NCBI GenBank assembly: GCA_029856105.1
Contig: JAHQWH010000013.1
Coordinates: 1 to 62,720 of the forward strand
DNA from: Promethearchaeia archaeon
GTDB lineage: Archaea; Asgardarchaeota; Lokiarchaeia; Sigyniarchaeales; SOKP01
DNA: 62,720 bases
Reading direction: 5' to 3'
Shown here: positions 19,151-29,430 of the stretch, one piece after another
Layout of the letters: each line of letters opens with the position of its first letter
Numbering within the stretch: the first letter of the stretch is position 1
Made by a program: the position numbers and the translations under genes
The notes under the pieces: generated by a model
The model's input: the letters and a program-made list of their open reading frames with translations, nothing else
Database searches by the model: none
What the model was told of the DNA's origin: nothing

Positions 19151-20875
19151 TCATTCCTTGTCCTTATCCGTCTCTTCCAAAAATCCTTCGGTTAGCAATA
19201 AGTTATCGATAAACTTATCAAATTCCTCAACCTTTTTGTCTTCCTCTTCCAATTTGACCGAACACAGTTCGCAATAATCGGAGTTTGTCTCGATTTCTTT
19301 CCCGCAAAACTTACAAAAACTTTTCGTTTCAAGTTTTTTTTCTCTTGATATCGTGCCTTCTTTTTGCGTTTCCTTTTGCTTTTTTGTCTGTTCCAAAATC
19401 TCCTCGTTTTTTTTCGCGATTTCCTCGTCCGAAAGCCAACTCCTCTTAACGTGTTCCGATTCCATCGCGAACGGTTTCTCGATCGAATTCACTCTGATTA
19501 TGCACTGCCCCCTTTTTAACATCGACAAGTATTCCTTCTGCCAATCCTTTAAATTGAGTAACTCTTGCATCAAATCTTTTTGCATGTGTACTTGAAACGA
19601 AACGAGCACCCCGCAATTTGCTAATATTTCTCTGCTAATGTTAGGGCGGGTCGCGAGCGAAATCAAACATTCACCAGTCCCCCTCAACAACAACGCGATA
19701 TCCTCGATGTAAGAAGTGAGTTTTGTTCTACTACTAAGTTCTTGGGGGGCGAAATACTGCGCGTCCTCTATTATCGTTACGTGTTTAATTCCCTCGTAAT
19801 TTTTGCTCCCCGTTTCTATGTTTTTGTCCCACAAATATTTTAGCACCATGTTCAAAAAAAACAACGCGTCTTCTTTTTCTCCCCCTTTGCGGATGATCGA
19901 GCTCAAGTCTAATAAAACCCTGTGGTTAAACAGTTCTTTCACGTTAAGACCGCTTTTCTTGTCGAATATGTTTTTTAACGTGCTTACAGAATAGCGACGA
20001 ATTCTATTTCTGATAGCTTGAACGCTTTTTTTCATGGTAAAATCTTCTTGTTTCGCGTAGTATTTATCAAATTCGCTAAAAAACTTGTCCCAGCTCCTAT
20101 TTTCTTCTTTTGGACAAATTTCGTATAGAATGTCGATAAATACTTTTTCCATTTGAGGCGAATAATCGACATTCTCTAACAAACCCCCGCTCTCAAAGAT
20201 TTTAAACACCCGTTCCGCGTGAATGTGCGGGTCGCCCCCTTCGGGATCGAAAATGTTAATCGAAAAGTTCTCGCCCGGCTTTAATATAAGCAAATTGTCG
20301 ATTTTCTTCTGCAAAAATTGGTATTCCCCCTTAAATTCCGTTAAAAGAAAGGGGACGTCGTATTTTTTAGTAAAATCCAACAGAAAACGTTGCAAAAAAT
20401 TGCTTTTTCCCGTCCCCGTCGTTCCGCACACAAACATTTGTTGCGCTAAATCTTCAATGTTGAGGTTAAATTTATGCTTTACTTTGTTCTTGTCGATAAT
20501 TCTTCCTATGTTTATGTTCCCGATCTTAGATTCGGATTTTGACGGATATTCCATTATCAATTCGAATATTTTCGGAGATTTAAAAGTATATATGAACAAA
20601 ATTGAAGAAATTACTAAAATTAATTGAGAACACCCTATAAAAACTATTTCTATAATAGATGACGATGGCTCTGCTGTAAATATTTCTAAATTAATTATAA
20701 AAAAAACGAATAAAATCACAAACATAACTATAATAACGCATCGCATCGCTATTATCATAATGCGGTGCTTTATATCTCGTTTCTTACGCTTCTCTTTTGA
20801 ATCTGAGAAAAATATAAACAAAATAAGAGCAAAAGGAATAAGCGATAAAATAAAATACGGTAGTAGCGCGTCCAT
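19151..20875 (-). CDS. Membrane-anchored HerA/FtsK-family ATPase with C-terminal zinc ribbon
   Basis: Three N-terminal TM segments; GTTGTGKS; EFKGEY; SINIFD; Walker B IIEDAQ; LRGTG..LATRP; CKFC...CELC. Confidence 0.82.
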   Translation of the reverse strand: MDALLPYFILSLIPFALILFIFFSDSKEKRKKRDIKHRIMIIAMRCVIIVMFVILFVFFIINLEIFTAEPSSSIIEIVFIGCSQLILVISSILFIYTFKSPKIFELIMEYPSKSESKIGNINIGRIIDKNKVKHKFNLNIEDLAQQMFVCGTTGTGKSNFLQRFLLDFTKKYDVPFLLTEFKGEYQFLQKKIDNLLILKPGENFSINIFDPEGGDPHIHAERVFKIFESGGLLENVDYSPQMEKVFIDILYEICPKEENRSWDKFFSEFDKYYAKQEDFTMKKSVQAIRNRIRRYSVSTLKNIFDKKSGLNVKELFNHRVLLDLSSIIRKGGEKEDALFFLNMVLKYLWDKNIETGSKNYEGIKHVTIIEDAQYFAPQELSSRTKLTSYIEDIALLLRGTGECLISLATRPNISREILANCGVLVSFQVHMQKDLMQELLNLKDWQKEYLSMLKRGQCIIRVNSIEKPFAMESEHVKRSWLSDEEIAKKNEEILEQTKKQKETQKEGTISREKKLETKSFCKFCGKEIETNSDYCELCSVKLEEEDKKVEEFDKFIDNLLLTEGFLEETDKDKE

Positions 20876-20977
20876 TAAAATAACTATTTTGACAGAATGT
20901 TATAAACTCCTATTTTTTAAAGTTATATTTTCTCCGTTAAATAGAGTCCTCTTCTAGTACTATTAAAAAGAAGGTAA

Positions 20978-23239
20978 CTAATTTTGTTCAGGTTTTTCAA
21001 AAAAATTCGGCAATATATCGAATAGCTCGATCATACTATTATTTAAACTTTCTGCAGATTCAAATGAAATTATTGATAATCCACGAATTTTAAGTTTTCT
21101 TTTGTTTTCTTTTATAATACTGATGATTTTATATTGTTCTGAATTTTCTTCAATGAGTTCTTTAAATTTTTCTATTTCTTCTATATGATTGTGAGTAATC
21201 AAAATCTGACGCGAATAATCGTTAGTAGATATAACTAAAGGATTGAAATTTACAAATACCCTTTTAAATTCTCCTAAATCACCAGTAAAAAGCTTGCGAT
21301 CACTTTGTAATTGTAAGGTTTTCAATCTATACCCAGGATATATCTTTATTATACTTTTAGATAGTGTAGTTTGAAAATTATTAAATAAAGCGTCATGTTG
21401 TCCTAGAATCTGATTGGTTGTTGCTTCAAGATTTTCCCTTCTATACTCAAACGGAGGTTTTTCATTTTTTAAAGTATTATAAATTACAAAATTTCCTTCG
21501 TTAATTACACTAGGATTATAACCCCATTCACTTAATTCTTGTGAGAATTTATAAGGAGTTGATTTAAAACTATTTAATTCAATCAATTCCACTCCTTTTA
21601 TTTTTCTCTTAGCGTTATACACTGGTAATAAAAAATCTCTAAACTGCTCAAAAACTTGCAAATAGCGTTGCTCAAACTCAGTTAGTTGGTCTAGTTTATC
21701 AGGCGGTTCTTTTGGTATCTTTCCAATGTATTGGTAATTTCTTATTGGCGTTTGAAACCCTCTTATCATTTTCTTTTCTTCTTTTGCAATTCTGAAAGCT
21801 CCAAGTCGATGTAATAGAGAATTAAAATCTCTAATAATTTCTTCGTTAATTGTTTCACCAGATGGATCATCAATAGTCAGATTTGGACTTAAGTTAAATA
21901 CGTAATGTGCGTGCTTGAAAAGTTGTCTTAAAAGCATTTCGTTTTTTTCCCACTCGTTAAATCTCGCAGATATATATTTTTCTTCAAAAATTATTACGCT
22001 AGATCTATAAAATCTATTTTTTTGTATATCTTCATCGTTCTCTTCATATATAATGACAGGATTATCGTTTTCATCAAAATCTACGATTCTTGATTTAATG
22101 TACGATTTTAGATCAAACAAATCGTTACTAGCTTCAAAAAATAGAGCATTTCTTAGTATTGAAATACTATCATTTTCAAAACTTGAAGTATTTAAAACGA
22201 TTTGTGTAAAATAATTATTTAAATCAGACCAATTCGGTCTTGAAAGAAAATATTTTGACGTAAAATAAGTATATTCTTTTGCTCTATATATTATACTTTG
22301 ATTTTGTGAAAGTATACCCTCCAAATCGAATATTTCTTCTCCTCCTATAAAAATAAATAGAGCATCTGAAAGCGTAAATAAGTTTTTAAAGAATTTTAAA
22401 ACTTCTATCACTTGCTCAGGGTTAAGTTTATCCAATTCATCTATAATATAGATTAACTTTTGACCGCTATCTCTAATTTCCCTATGTATTCTCTCCAAAT
22501 CGTATTCGATATTGCCGATACTTGCGTCGAATTTATATAATAACTCTGATTTTTTATCCTTCAAATTAATTATCTTGTTTGTTTTGCTTTTAGAATAAAT
22601 ATAATTTAGAGATAAGGGAAAGGGCAAAGCAATTATAAGCGATAATAGATCATTTAGCCACTCTATTGGTATTATCTTTGTAAAAATTAATAATAATGAT
22701 ACTAACCATGGGACAAGAAAAATTAATATCCTCAAATCCTTAAAGGTGAAATTAATAGAAGAGCTTTGTTGTCTAATAATTTCATCAGAAATTTGACTTT
22801 TTAAGCTGATAGTTTCTGATTTCTCGTAATTAGAAGCTATAGTTTTATAGTATAAATCAGTTATCAAGGAATTGACTTTATCGTCTAAAGAACCCACGTC
22901 CCGTGTCATTGAATAAAGCCTTCTTATTAAGTTTTCTAAGATTTTCTTTGCTTCAATGTTATCCTTTACGGATTCGGCTTCGAGCTGGGCGGCGTTAAGG
23001 AGAATGGGGATTATTGTACTATCTTTTTTTTTTAATTCCCAAAGTGTTTTATAAACGAACGATGTTTTTCCGACTCCACGATGTCCACAAACCAATATTG
23101 ATCCTGTTTCTCTTCTTTTCAACTCGTTAATTAGAAAAGATAATTCTTTCTTTCTGCCTATAAAAAGACCTTTTATTTTACTCTTGGTGTATGGAAATCT
23201 TATCGGAATGTCCCAATTACTTTTTAATGTTATCTCCAT
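20978..23239 (-). CDS. KAP-family P-loop NTPase
   Basis: Walker A GHRGVGKT; two TM helices inserted in the NTPase domain; Walker B IIDELDKL; FIFIG. Confidence 0.8.
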   Translation of the reverse strand: MEITLKSNWDIPIRFPYTKSKIKGLFIGRKKELSFLINELKRRETGSILVCGHRGVGKTSFVYKTLWELKKKDSTIIPILLNAAQLEAESVKDNIEAKKILENLIRRLYSMTRDVGSLDDKVNSLITDLYYKTIASNYEKSETISLKSQISDEIIRQQSSSINFTFKDLRILIFLVPWLVSLLLIFTKIIPIEWLNDLLSLIIALPFPLSLNYIYSKSKTNKIINLKDKKSELLYKFDASIGNIEYDLERIHREIRDSGQKLIYIIDELDKLNPEQVIEVLKFFKNLFTLSDALFIFIGGEEIFDLEGILSQNQSIIYRAKEYTYFTSKYFLSRPNWSDLNNYFTQIVLNTSSFENDSISILRNALFFEASNDLFDLKSYIKSRIVDFDENDNPVIIYEENDEDIQKNRFYRSSVIIFEEKYISARFNEWEKNEMLLRQLFKHAHYVFNLSPNLTIDDPSGETINEEIIRDFNSLLHRLGAFRIAKEEKKMIRGFQTPIRNYQYIGKIPKEPPDKLDQLTEFEQRYLQVFEQFRDFLLPVYNAKRKIKGVELIELNSFKSTPYKFSQELSEWGYNPSVINEGNFVIYNTLKNEKPPFEYRRENLEATTNQILGQHDALFNNFQTTLSKSIIKIYPGYRLKTLQLQSDRKLFTGDLGEFKRVFVNFNPLVISTNDYSRQILITHNHIEEIEKFKELIEENSEQYKIISIIKENKRKLKIRGLSIISFESAESLNNSMIELFDILPNFFEKPEQN

Positions 23240-23429
23240 CTAAAATCATCGTTGAATTTTATTTGTTTGTTAAAAAAATTAAACTGAAAACATGATTAGT
23301 ATTTTTCTATAATTTACTTGTTGGATTTTAATAAGTTAAAAATGATTTACTTATTTAAATCTTTATGTGATTGTTGTTACTTGAAGTCTGGAAAAAGTAG
23401 AGTTAATATCGCGAAAAAAAAGCCATAAA

Positions 23430-24830
23430 CTACAAGTTTTTAAATCTTCCTTTTGAATCTCTTGAATAATTCTTAGTTATCTGTTTCATTTTATTTTTAT
23501 GTCTTTCTTGAGAACATTTGGGACACCAAGAACCTTCTGGTCTCGACGGTTTTCCCCTTATATCGCTCGGAGTTGCCTTCCAAGTAAAATCGTGCTTGTT
23601 ACAGTACCATTCTAAAGGTATTACTTCTCCAAAAAAATGGTGTGACAATAGCTTTCCGTCCCGTTGCTTCGCAATTTCCTGCAATTCTTTTACGTAATTA
23701 GGTAAAGAAACGTCAAACTTTCTCCAATCTATTTTCTTTGCTTTCGGTGGCGGATAAATTCCGTTCGCTACGCAGGTTTTCCTAATGTAAGTTTCCATCT
23801 CCTTAATTTTAATCTTGCGTAATTTTCCATTTCTCCACTCGTAACCGACTTCGATCAATACGATTCCGCGTCTCTCGCATTCTTTACGCTTATAATCGTC
23901 AGCTCGTTTTTGTTTTTCGAAAAGCTTAGGATTATCTCTGTGAAAATATGGGTGGTAAACGTAGTGTTGTATGCCCTGACTTTCGAAAGCTAGTTTTAGC
24001 TCCTCGTTGTATCCGTCCAAATGTAAACCGTATTTTTTTAACCAAGATAATTTGTTTTCTTTACGAAATTCTTTTCCAAATAGTTCTTGAAAGAAATTCT
24101 TACATATCCTTTCTGATCTTCCGCTCGCACAATTAGGACACCAAGAACCTTCTGGTCTTTGTGGTTTACCAATCACGTCGCACGGTTTTGCTTCCCAAAC
24201 GTGTCCGCACGTTCCACATTTCCATAAATGGCGCTCTGTAACGCCTAAAAAGTTAGGCGATAAACATTCCCCTCCGCCCGCTTTTGATCCCGCAATTCTT
24301 TGCATGTCTTCAATCGTGTACCTGTAATTATTCTGCGGGTTTGATTCAATTGCACATCTTGGACACCAAGTACCTTTTTTCGAGGGATAATCTTTTATGG
24401 TGCTTGGTTTCGCTTTCCACGCGTAGTTATGTTTGTTACAATACCATAAATGCGGTTTTGTCGTTCCTAAAAACTCCGTCGATAATAGTTTTCCCCCTCG
24501 TTCTATCGCCAAGTTCTTAAAATATTCGAATAAAACAACTTTAGATTTTTTACTACAATAGGGACACTTAAAGGTATTTCTTTTAACCTTTTGTGTAATA
24601 TTAGCTCGAAAATCTGCCCATTTGTTCTTACATACAACGCACTCTAATTCGAGCGGAGCCATGTTGTTTAAGTATTCTTTTGATAAGACCGTTATATTTT
24701 CTTTGCGAGAAAGTTCAATTATTCTTTGTAAGTATTCGTTCCTTTTTTCTGGCGATAGTCTTGGTTTATTGAATTTGTAAGTTACTTTTGAATTACTGCG
24801 TTTCTTATCGTTTTTATTTTCGTTATTCAT
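23430..24830 (-). CDS. Zinc-ribbon repeat protein with Vsr/PD-(D/E)XK-like endonuclease domain
   Basis: Four C..H.W.A.P..I...G.WCP.C-type units (first degenerate); LHLDGYNEELKLAFESQGIQHY...DDYKRKEC. Confidence 0.8.
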   Translation of the reverse strand: MNNENKNDKKRSNSKVTYKFNKPRLSPEKRNEYLQRIIELSRKENITVLSKEYLNNMAPLELECVVCKNKWADFRANITQKVKRNTFKCPYCSKKSKVVLFEYFKNLAIERGGKLLSTEFLGTTKPHLWYCNKHNYAWKAKPSTIKDYPSKKGTWCPRCAIESNPQNNYRYTIEDMQRIAGSKAGGGECLSPNFLGVTERHLWKCGTCGHVWEAKPCDVIGKPQRPEGSWCPNCASGRSERICKNFFQELFGKEFRKENKLSWLKKYGLHLDGYNEELKLAFESQGIQHYVYHPYFHRDNPKLFEKQKRADDYKRKECERRGIVLIEVGYEWRNGKLRKIKIKEMETYIRKTCVANGIYPPPKAKKIDWRKFDVSLPNYVKELQEIAKQRDGKLLSHHFFGEVIPLEWYCNKHDFTWKATPSDIRGKPSRPEGSWCPKCSQERHKNKMKQITKNYSRDSKGRFKNL

Positions 24831-24851
24831 TATTATATCGCTCTCTTTACT

Positions 24852-25148
24852 TTAAATCCCGCAATTAATTCGAATCTCGTCTTCAGAAAAGAATTTGTCG
24901 CATTCTTTACAATAGCACGTTCCGTTGTCTAAAATTTCTAAAACCGTATCGCACTCGTAACAGTAAATCTTTATCTCTATATGTTTGTAGTTTATATCTT
25001 CTTTCAACTCGCTTAATTTCGTTATTAATAGTTCTAAATCCTCATTTTTAAAGTAAAAGGGAACGTCGCTATTTTTTTGCAAAACGAAATAATCGTTTGC
25101 CACAGATTTATACAATTTAATTTCGGTCATTTTTTTTATCGTTTCCAT
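24852..25148 (-). CDS. Small zinc-finger protein
   Basis: CYEC...CYCKEC. Confidence 0.65.
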   Translation of the reverse strand: METIKKMTEIKLYKSVANDYFVLQKNSDVPFYFKNEDLELLITKLSELKEDINYKHIEIKIYCYECDTVLEILDNGTCYCKECDKFFSEDEIRINCGI

Positions 25149-25218
25149 ATCTATTATTAAAACTGTTATAGTTAATATAACACATAAGCGCAGTTAAATA
25201 ACCTAAGAGTCCTATAAT

Positions 25219-25246
25219 TTTTCGTATAACAGAAAAAGATATATAT
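25219..25246 (+). other. dif-like 11-6-11 site (or promoter of the AbrB-like gene)
   Basis: TTTTCGTATAA-CAGAAA-AAGATATATAT; arms match the inverted site at 31222-31249. Confidence 0.35.
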
Positions 25247-25270
25247 ACTATAATTGTTTCTATTACTATT

Positions 25271-25423
25271 ATGGAAAGTAAAAAAATTACGACTTTAATA
25301 AAAAGTCCTACTAAGAAAGGAGATCAGTATTATTTCAGCATACCTATAGAATTTATTCGCTCAAAAAAAATTGACCCTGAGAAAAACTACGAAATTCAAA
25401 TTTTCTCTTTAGCTCAGGAGTAA
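25271..25423 (+). CDS. AbrB/SpoVT-like small DNA-binding protein (not in ORF track)
   Basis: MESKKITTLIKSPTKKGDQYYFSIPIEFIRSKKIDPEKNYEIQIFSLAQE; G-x-x-Y-Y-F-S-I-P swapped-hairpin pattern; TATA-like sequence ~25-30 nt upstream. Confidence 0.7.
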   Translation: MESKKITTLIKSPTKKGDQYYFSIPIEFIRSKKIDPEKNYEIQIFSLAQE

Positions 25424-25460
25424 ATTTATTACTAATATATTAAAAAATTAAAGCAAGTTA

Positions 25461-25690
25461 TCGTTTCCCGCTCGTTCTTTGAGGATCGGGGTTGATGGGG
25501 GGGATTTGTCCCCTTCTTAATTGTGATATTTTTGCGTTTAAAAAATATGGCTTAAAAACTCTAAGACAAAAATCGTCCCGTTAAAAAGTAGATACGTGCA
25601 AGTTAAAAGTTTCAGAGCGACCCGTTAGCCCTTGATGGTTGCGGAGCGAAGCGTAGCAAGGTCGCGACAGCGGAGCGTAAGCGAAGCCAA
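25461..25690. other. GC-rich multi-hairpin non-coding region (candidate origin or ncRNA)
   Basis: GCGACC/GGTCGC and TTGC/GCAA stems; GCGAAGC at 25646-25652 and 25681-25687; GTCGCGAC palindrome. Confidence 0.5.
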
Positions 25691-26204
25691 ATACTATTTT
25701 TTTGAGTGAAAAAATCCCTATTAAAAATTTCTATTCTTAAGGTGTTATTTTAAAAGTTGATTATAATAAATGCACTCCCTATGTGGCTAAAAATCGCTCT
25801 AAAATGATAAAGGATAAGGTTAATTGGTTAGAGATTAAAGAAACGATATCATCTGTATCAAAAGCTGAGTTACGCAAAGAATTTTTTAGTAAAAAAGGGA
25901 TTATCAAATTATTGAATAGAATAAATGAATTATGCAATTTTAAGGTTTAAAATTTCAGATCTCTTAACACAAGCACCTATTCTTCCCTTTTTTGAAGTAG
26001 AATCTGCCATAGTATTTTTTTAACACTAAGATTCATTTTTTAAAATTATTATCTAATTTACCCTACGCATATTTAAACCAGCATTAGAAGCAATTAAATT
26101 GAGACAAAAAAAAATCGATTGAGGAACAATTGAGGAACGGTTGTATTAAAAGATTAGTAGATATTAAATTAAAAGAATTTAATTAAAAAAAAGGATGGAA
26201 GAAT

Positions 26205-26729
26205 TTAGGTTTGATATCTTACCATAGCATAATCGATCTTAACGCTTCCAGGTACGAACAAGGAATAACCATCAAAACCAACATCTTTAACTTTTTTATA
26301 AGGATCTAAAGTGTAGATGCTATAATGAGAACCACTTACAGCCCATGAATCGCTCGTCCCATCGGTATAATCAACTGATAAAGTACACCCCCATAGATTA
26401 ACTATACTATAATCAATGTACAGATAAACATCTGGATAACTACTACTAGGAGTATGAAAAAATACACCCATTATTACCCGAAAATAGAAAATTGGAGAAA
26501 ATGGGTATAAGGTTACAGCCAAAACTTCATACACACTATTATCATTAGTATGTGTTGAGATGTAATTTCCTTGTAATACTATTCCGACTGGATTTCCTGT
26601 AGAATAAGCTTTATAATCGTAGCTAGCTGCTTTAACATAAACTGGTAAAAAACTCATTATTGAAACTGTTAGAACTAATGTAAGAAGTAAAGATCGATTT
26701 TTTCCTAACGATTTTTTAATAATTTTCAC
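26205..26729 (-). CDS. Secreted beta-rich protein
   Basis: Basic N-terminus, hydrophobic core and VKA-A cleavage-like site; Tyr/Ser-rich mature part. Confidence 0.7.
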   Translation of the reverse strand: MKIIKKSLGKNRSLLLTLVLTVSIMSFLPVYVKAASYDYKAYSTGNPVGIVLQGNYISTHTNDNSVYEVLAVTLYPFSPIFYFRVIMGVFFHTPSSSYPDVYLYIDYSIVNLWGCTLSVDYTDGTSDSWAVSGSHYSIYTLDPYKKVKDVGFDGYSLFVPGSVKIDYAMVRYQT

Positions 26730-27003
26730 CTTATTTATTTAAATAAAAATATTTTTTTGTCTTACTATAATTTTTTTATTTTAGATTATAGTTGGGAAAT
26801 AATAAAGAACATTGAATATTTAAACTTTTTTGTCTATATTCCCAAACAATTGAATCGATTAAAATTGAAAAAAAATTTTAGTCCTAAAAATACTTATATT
26901 AAATAGATTAATTAAAATATCTCGTTAAAATTTGCTTTGTTAATTTATTAAATAATTCGCCGTTTTAAAAGCATTTAAATCAATGGTAATCTCTCTGTTA
27001 CAT

Positions 27004-27798
27004 CTAATTGATCCGTATATCTAATTTATTGAATTGATAAAAAGTAACTAATACAATGATTACTGGTGCACAAATAACGACAATAAAACTAAGTAACAAC
27101 ATTTCGTAATTACTATTTTGATTAAATAGAGTTTCATAAAAGAAAAAATAGATGTTCTTCCTAAAATAATTGTAATTTAGAAATTTCATGTTATAATATT
27201 CAAATGTGGGGCTTATGCTCATGTAGAAGTAAGAAAATCCTAACGCAATCAAAGCACTATGTGTTAAAGCTGAAAAAATTAAAGTTAATGCTAGCCAGAA
27301 GATTAACTCAATAAATATTAAAAAAAACCCCATAAGTAAGATATTAATTGATATTGTTAAGTTCATAGTTAATAAAACTACAATTTCAAACAATAGAAAA
27401 GAAAAAATTATAATAAATAATAAATGAATAATCGAAAAAATCATTTTTGAGACGAGAATTCTATTCCGAGATACTGTCGAATATAAAATCATCGCTGTCT
27501 TACTAGAGAATTCTCCAGAAACTAAGTTGGCAGCAATTATGATAGGGATAAACTTAAAAAAAGGACTGCTATAACCAGCACCAATAAAACCTAACCAAAA
27601 AATATTCGTTTCTAATATATTTTGATCAAAAAATTCAATTCCACTTAAACTATATATAATTAGAATAATCGATAGACTTATACATATTAATGTTTTGATT
27701 GATAGAAATTCTTTTTTAAAGTGATGAATGAATAAAATTTTTTCGTGATAAAACCAAATACTAATTTTGTCTTTTTTTTTCATAAATATTCTCCTCAA
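27004..27798 (-). CDS. ABC-2 type transporter permease
   Basis: About six TM helices; VSGEFSSKT...VSRNRILVSK motif. Confidence 0.85.
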   Translation of the reverse strand: MRRIFMKKKDKISIWFYHEKILFIHHFKKEFLSIKTLICISLSIILIIYSLSGIEFFDQNILETNIFWLGFIGAGYSSPFFKFIPIIIAANLVSGEFSSKTAMILYSTVSRNRILVSKMIFSIIHLLFIIIFSFLLFEIVVLLTMNLTISINILLMGFFLIFIELIFWLALTLIFSALTHSALIALGFSYFYMSISPTFEYYNMKFLNYNYFRKNIYFFFYETLFNQNSNYEMLLLSFIVVICAPVIIVLVTFYQFNKLDIRIN

Positions 27799-28723
27799 TA
27801 ATTTTTTTATATAATTTACTTAAAGTTCCACTAAGAGGACCCAAATTAAAGTCTTGGTAATCTTTTAAAAATGTTTTAACTTTTTCTGGATTCTCAGTGC
27901 TAAAAATTATCTTTTCGCTTAAAATTTTTGGTTTATCAAGAAATAAATCTTTTTTCAAGCAAAATAAACCAAAAACTTCATTTATTGATAGATTGCTTTT
28001 GTGAGATACACGATTTATCTCACATTCTTTATATCCTAATATTTGAGCTAATGCTAAAATTGGACCTGATTTTTTTATTTTACCATTATCAATAATAGCA
28101 ACATAATCTGCTAATTGTTCTATTTCAGAAACTATATGACTTGAAATAATTATTGTAATACCTCCTTTTCTTTTTTCTCTTATTTTCTTAATCAAATCCT
28201 CGCGTCCCAATGGATCTATACTAGACAATGGCTCATCTAAGAAAACTAATTTAGGATTACCGGCAAAGGCTTGAGCAATTCCGAGTCGTTGACGCATTCC
28301 CCGAGAATATGTTCTAATTTTTTTATCCCAATACTCATTTTGTAAGCCGCTCCAATTTAAGATGTTTTCGGTTAATTCCTTCTTTTCTTTTCTGTTTCCT
28401 CTTAGAGAGATAATTAGTTCAAGAAAATCTCGCCCGGTAAAACTAGAATAAAATCCAACATTTTCAGGGAGGAAACCAATCTTATTAAGAATATCAGTCA
28501 AATTTTTTGAGATCTCCTTTCCTAGAACATATGCCGTCCCTATAGAAGGTTTTACTAATCCGATTAACATTAAAAATGTCGTAGTCTTTCCAGCTCCATT
28601 CGGACCTAAGAAAGCAAAACAAGATTCTGGAATTTCTAAATTGATGTTATCAACAACTGTTTTTTTATTGTACTTTTTGGACAAATCTTGAATTTTTATA
28701 ATAGGTTTTAACTCTTGTCTCAT
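27761..28723 (-). CDS. ABC transporter ATP-binding protein
   Basis: GPNGAGKTT, YSRGMRQR, LDEP, SSH. Confidence 0.93.
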   Translation of the reverse strand: MRQELKPIIKIQDLSKKYNKKTVVDNINLEIPESCFAFLGPNGAGKTTTFLMLIGLVKPSIGTAYVLGKEISKNLTDILNKIGFLPENVGFYSSFTGRDFLELIISLRGNRKEKKELTENILNWSGLQNEYWDKKIRTYSRGMRQRLGIAQAFAGNPKLVFLDEPLSSIDPLGREDLIKKIREKRKGGITIIISSHIVSEIEQLADYVAIIDNGKIKKSGPILALAQILGYKECEINRVSHKSNLSINEVFGLFCLKKDLFLDKPKILSEKIIFSTENPEKVKTFLKDYQDFNLGPLSGTLSKLYKKIIEENIYEKKRQN

Positions 28724-29214
28724 AATACTGAAATTTATTTTTAGTTAGATTATTATATGAACATTATATTTAAAAATATTTTCTAAAAAAGTTTTAGATA
28801 AATTGAGATTACATCATGTCCCTACTTTCCTAGCAAGGAATAATTATTTTTTCCAAAATAAGGATGTGGAATATTGGATATAGTATTCAGAAAATTCAAA
28901 AAAAATAAAATAAGTAATACTCGCAATTTTTCTGCTGTAAAAACCTCTCTTTGTAGTTTTCGCAAGTTTCGGAATTGATTCGTCGCAAATGAGGTTTTAT
29001 ATAGCACGTGCAGGACATAGATATATCTTTATCATTTTAGAATGGAATGGATAACCAAACTTTTCGATAATTCCGCTTTTGATCAGTACATTTTGTAAAA
29101 ATATTGCTTCACGGAAATAGCAAACAAGATTAATGCTTTTGTGAAATATTTCTATAAAATTATAAAAGGAACAGTTTAAATATTAAAGTGATTAAGATCA
29201 GTGCATTGAAAAAT

Positions 29215-29414
29215 ACACTCCCACAGTGTCGACTCGGGCGCATTCGATCCGAAGGGGCAGTAGGACGCCAAGACACGCAATAAGCGAGGCGCCATTACTA
29301 ACGCTGAATTTTTAGAGTAGCGAAGGTTGTGAAGCGATAATTATGAACATAAAAGCGAATATCTTTTAAAATGAGCGGGAAGGTTCGCGAAGGAAACCGA
29401 AGGGGTTTCCTTGC
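29215..29414. other. Second GC-rich multi-hairpin non-coding region
   Basis: ACACT/AGTGT, TTCG/CGAA, CGC/GCG and CGCT/AGCG stems; 9-bp stem AAGGAAACC-GAAGG-GGTTTCCTT at 29390-29412. Confidence 0.5.
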
Positions 29415-29430
29415 AATATTAAATATATGG

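Noticed and set aside
26118-26138. ATTGAGGAAC direct repeat (two copies)
   Set aside because: Too short and isolated to interpret
28822-29007. 61-aa ORF
   Set aside because: No motif and non-ATG start; probably spurious
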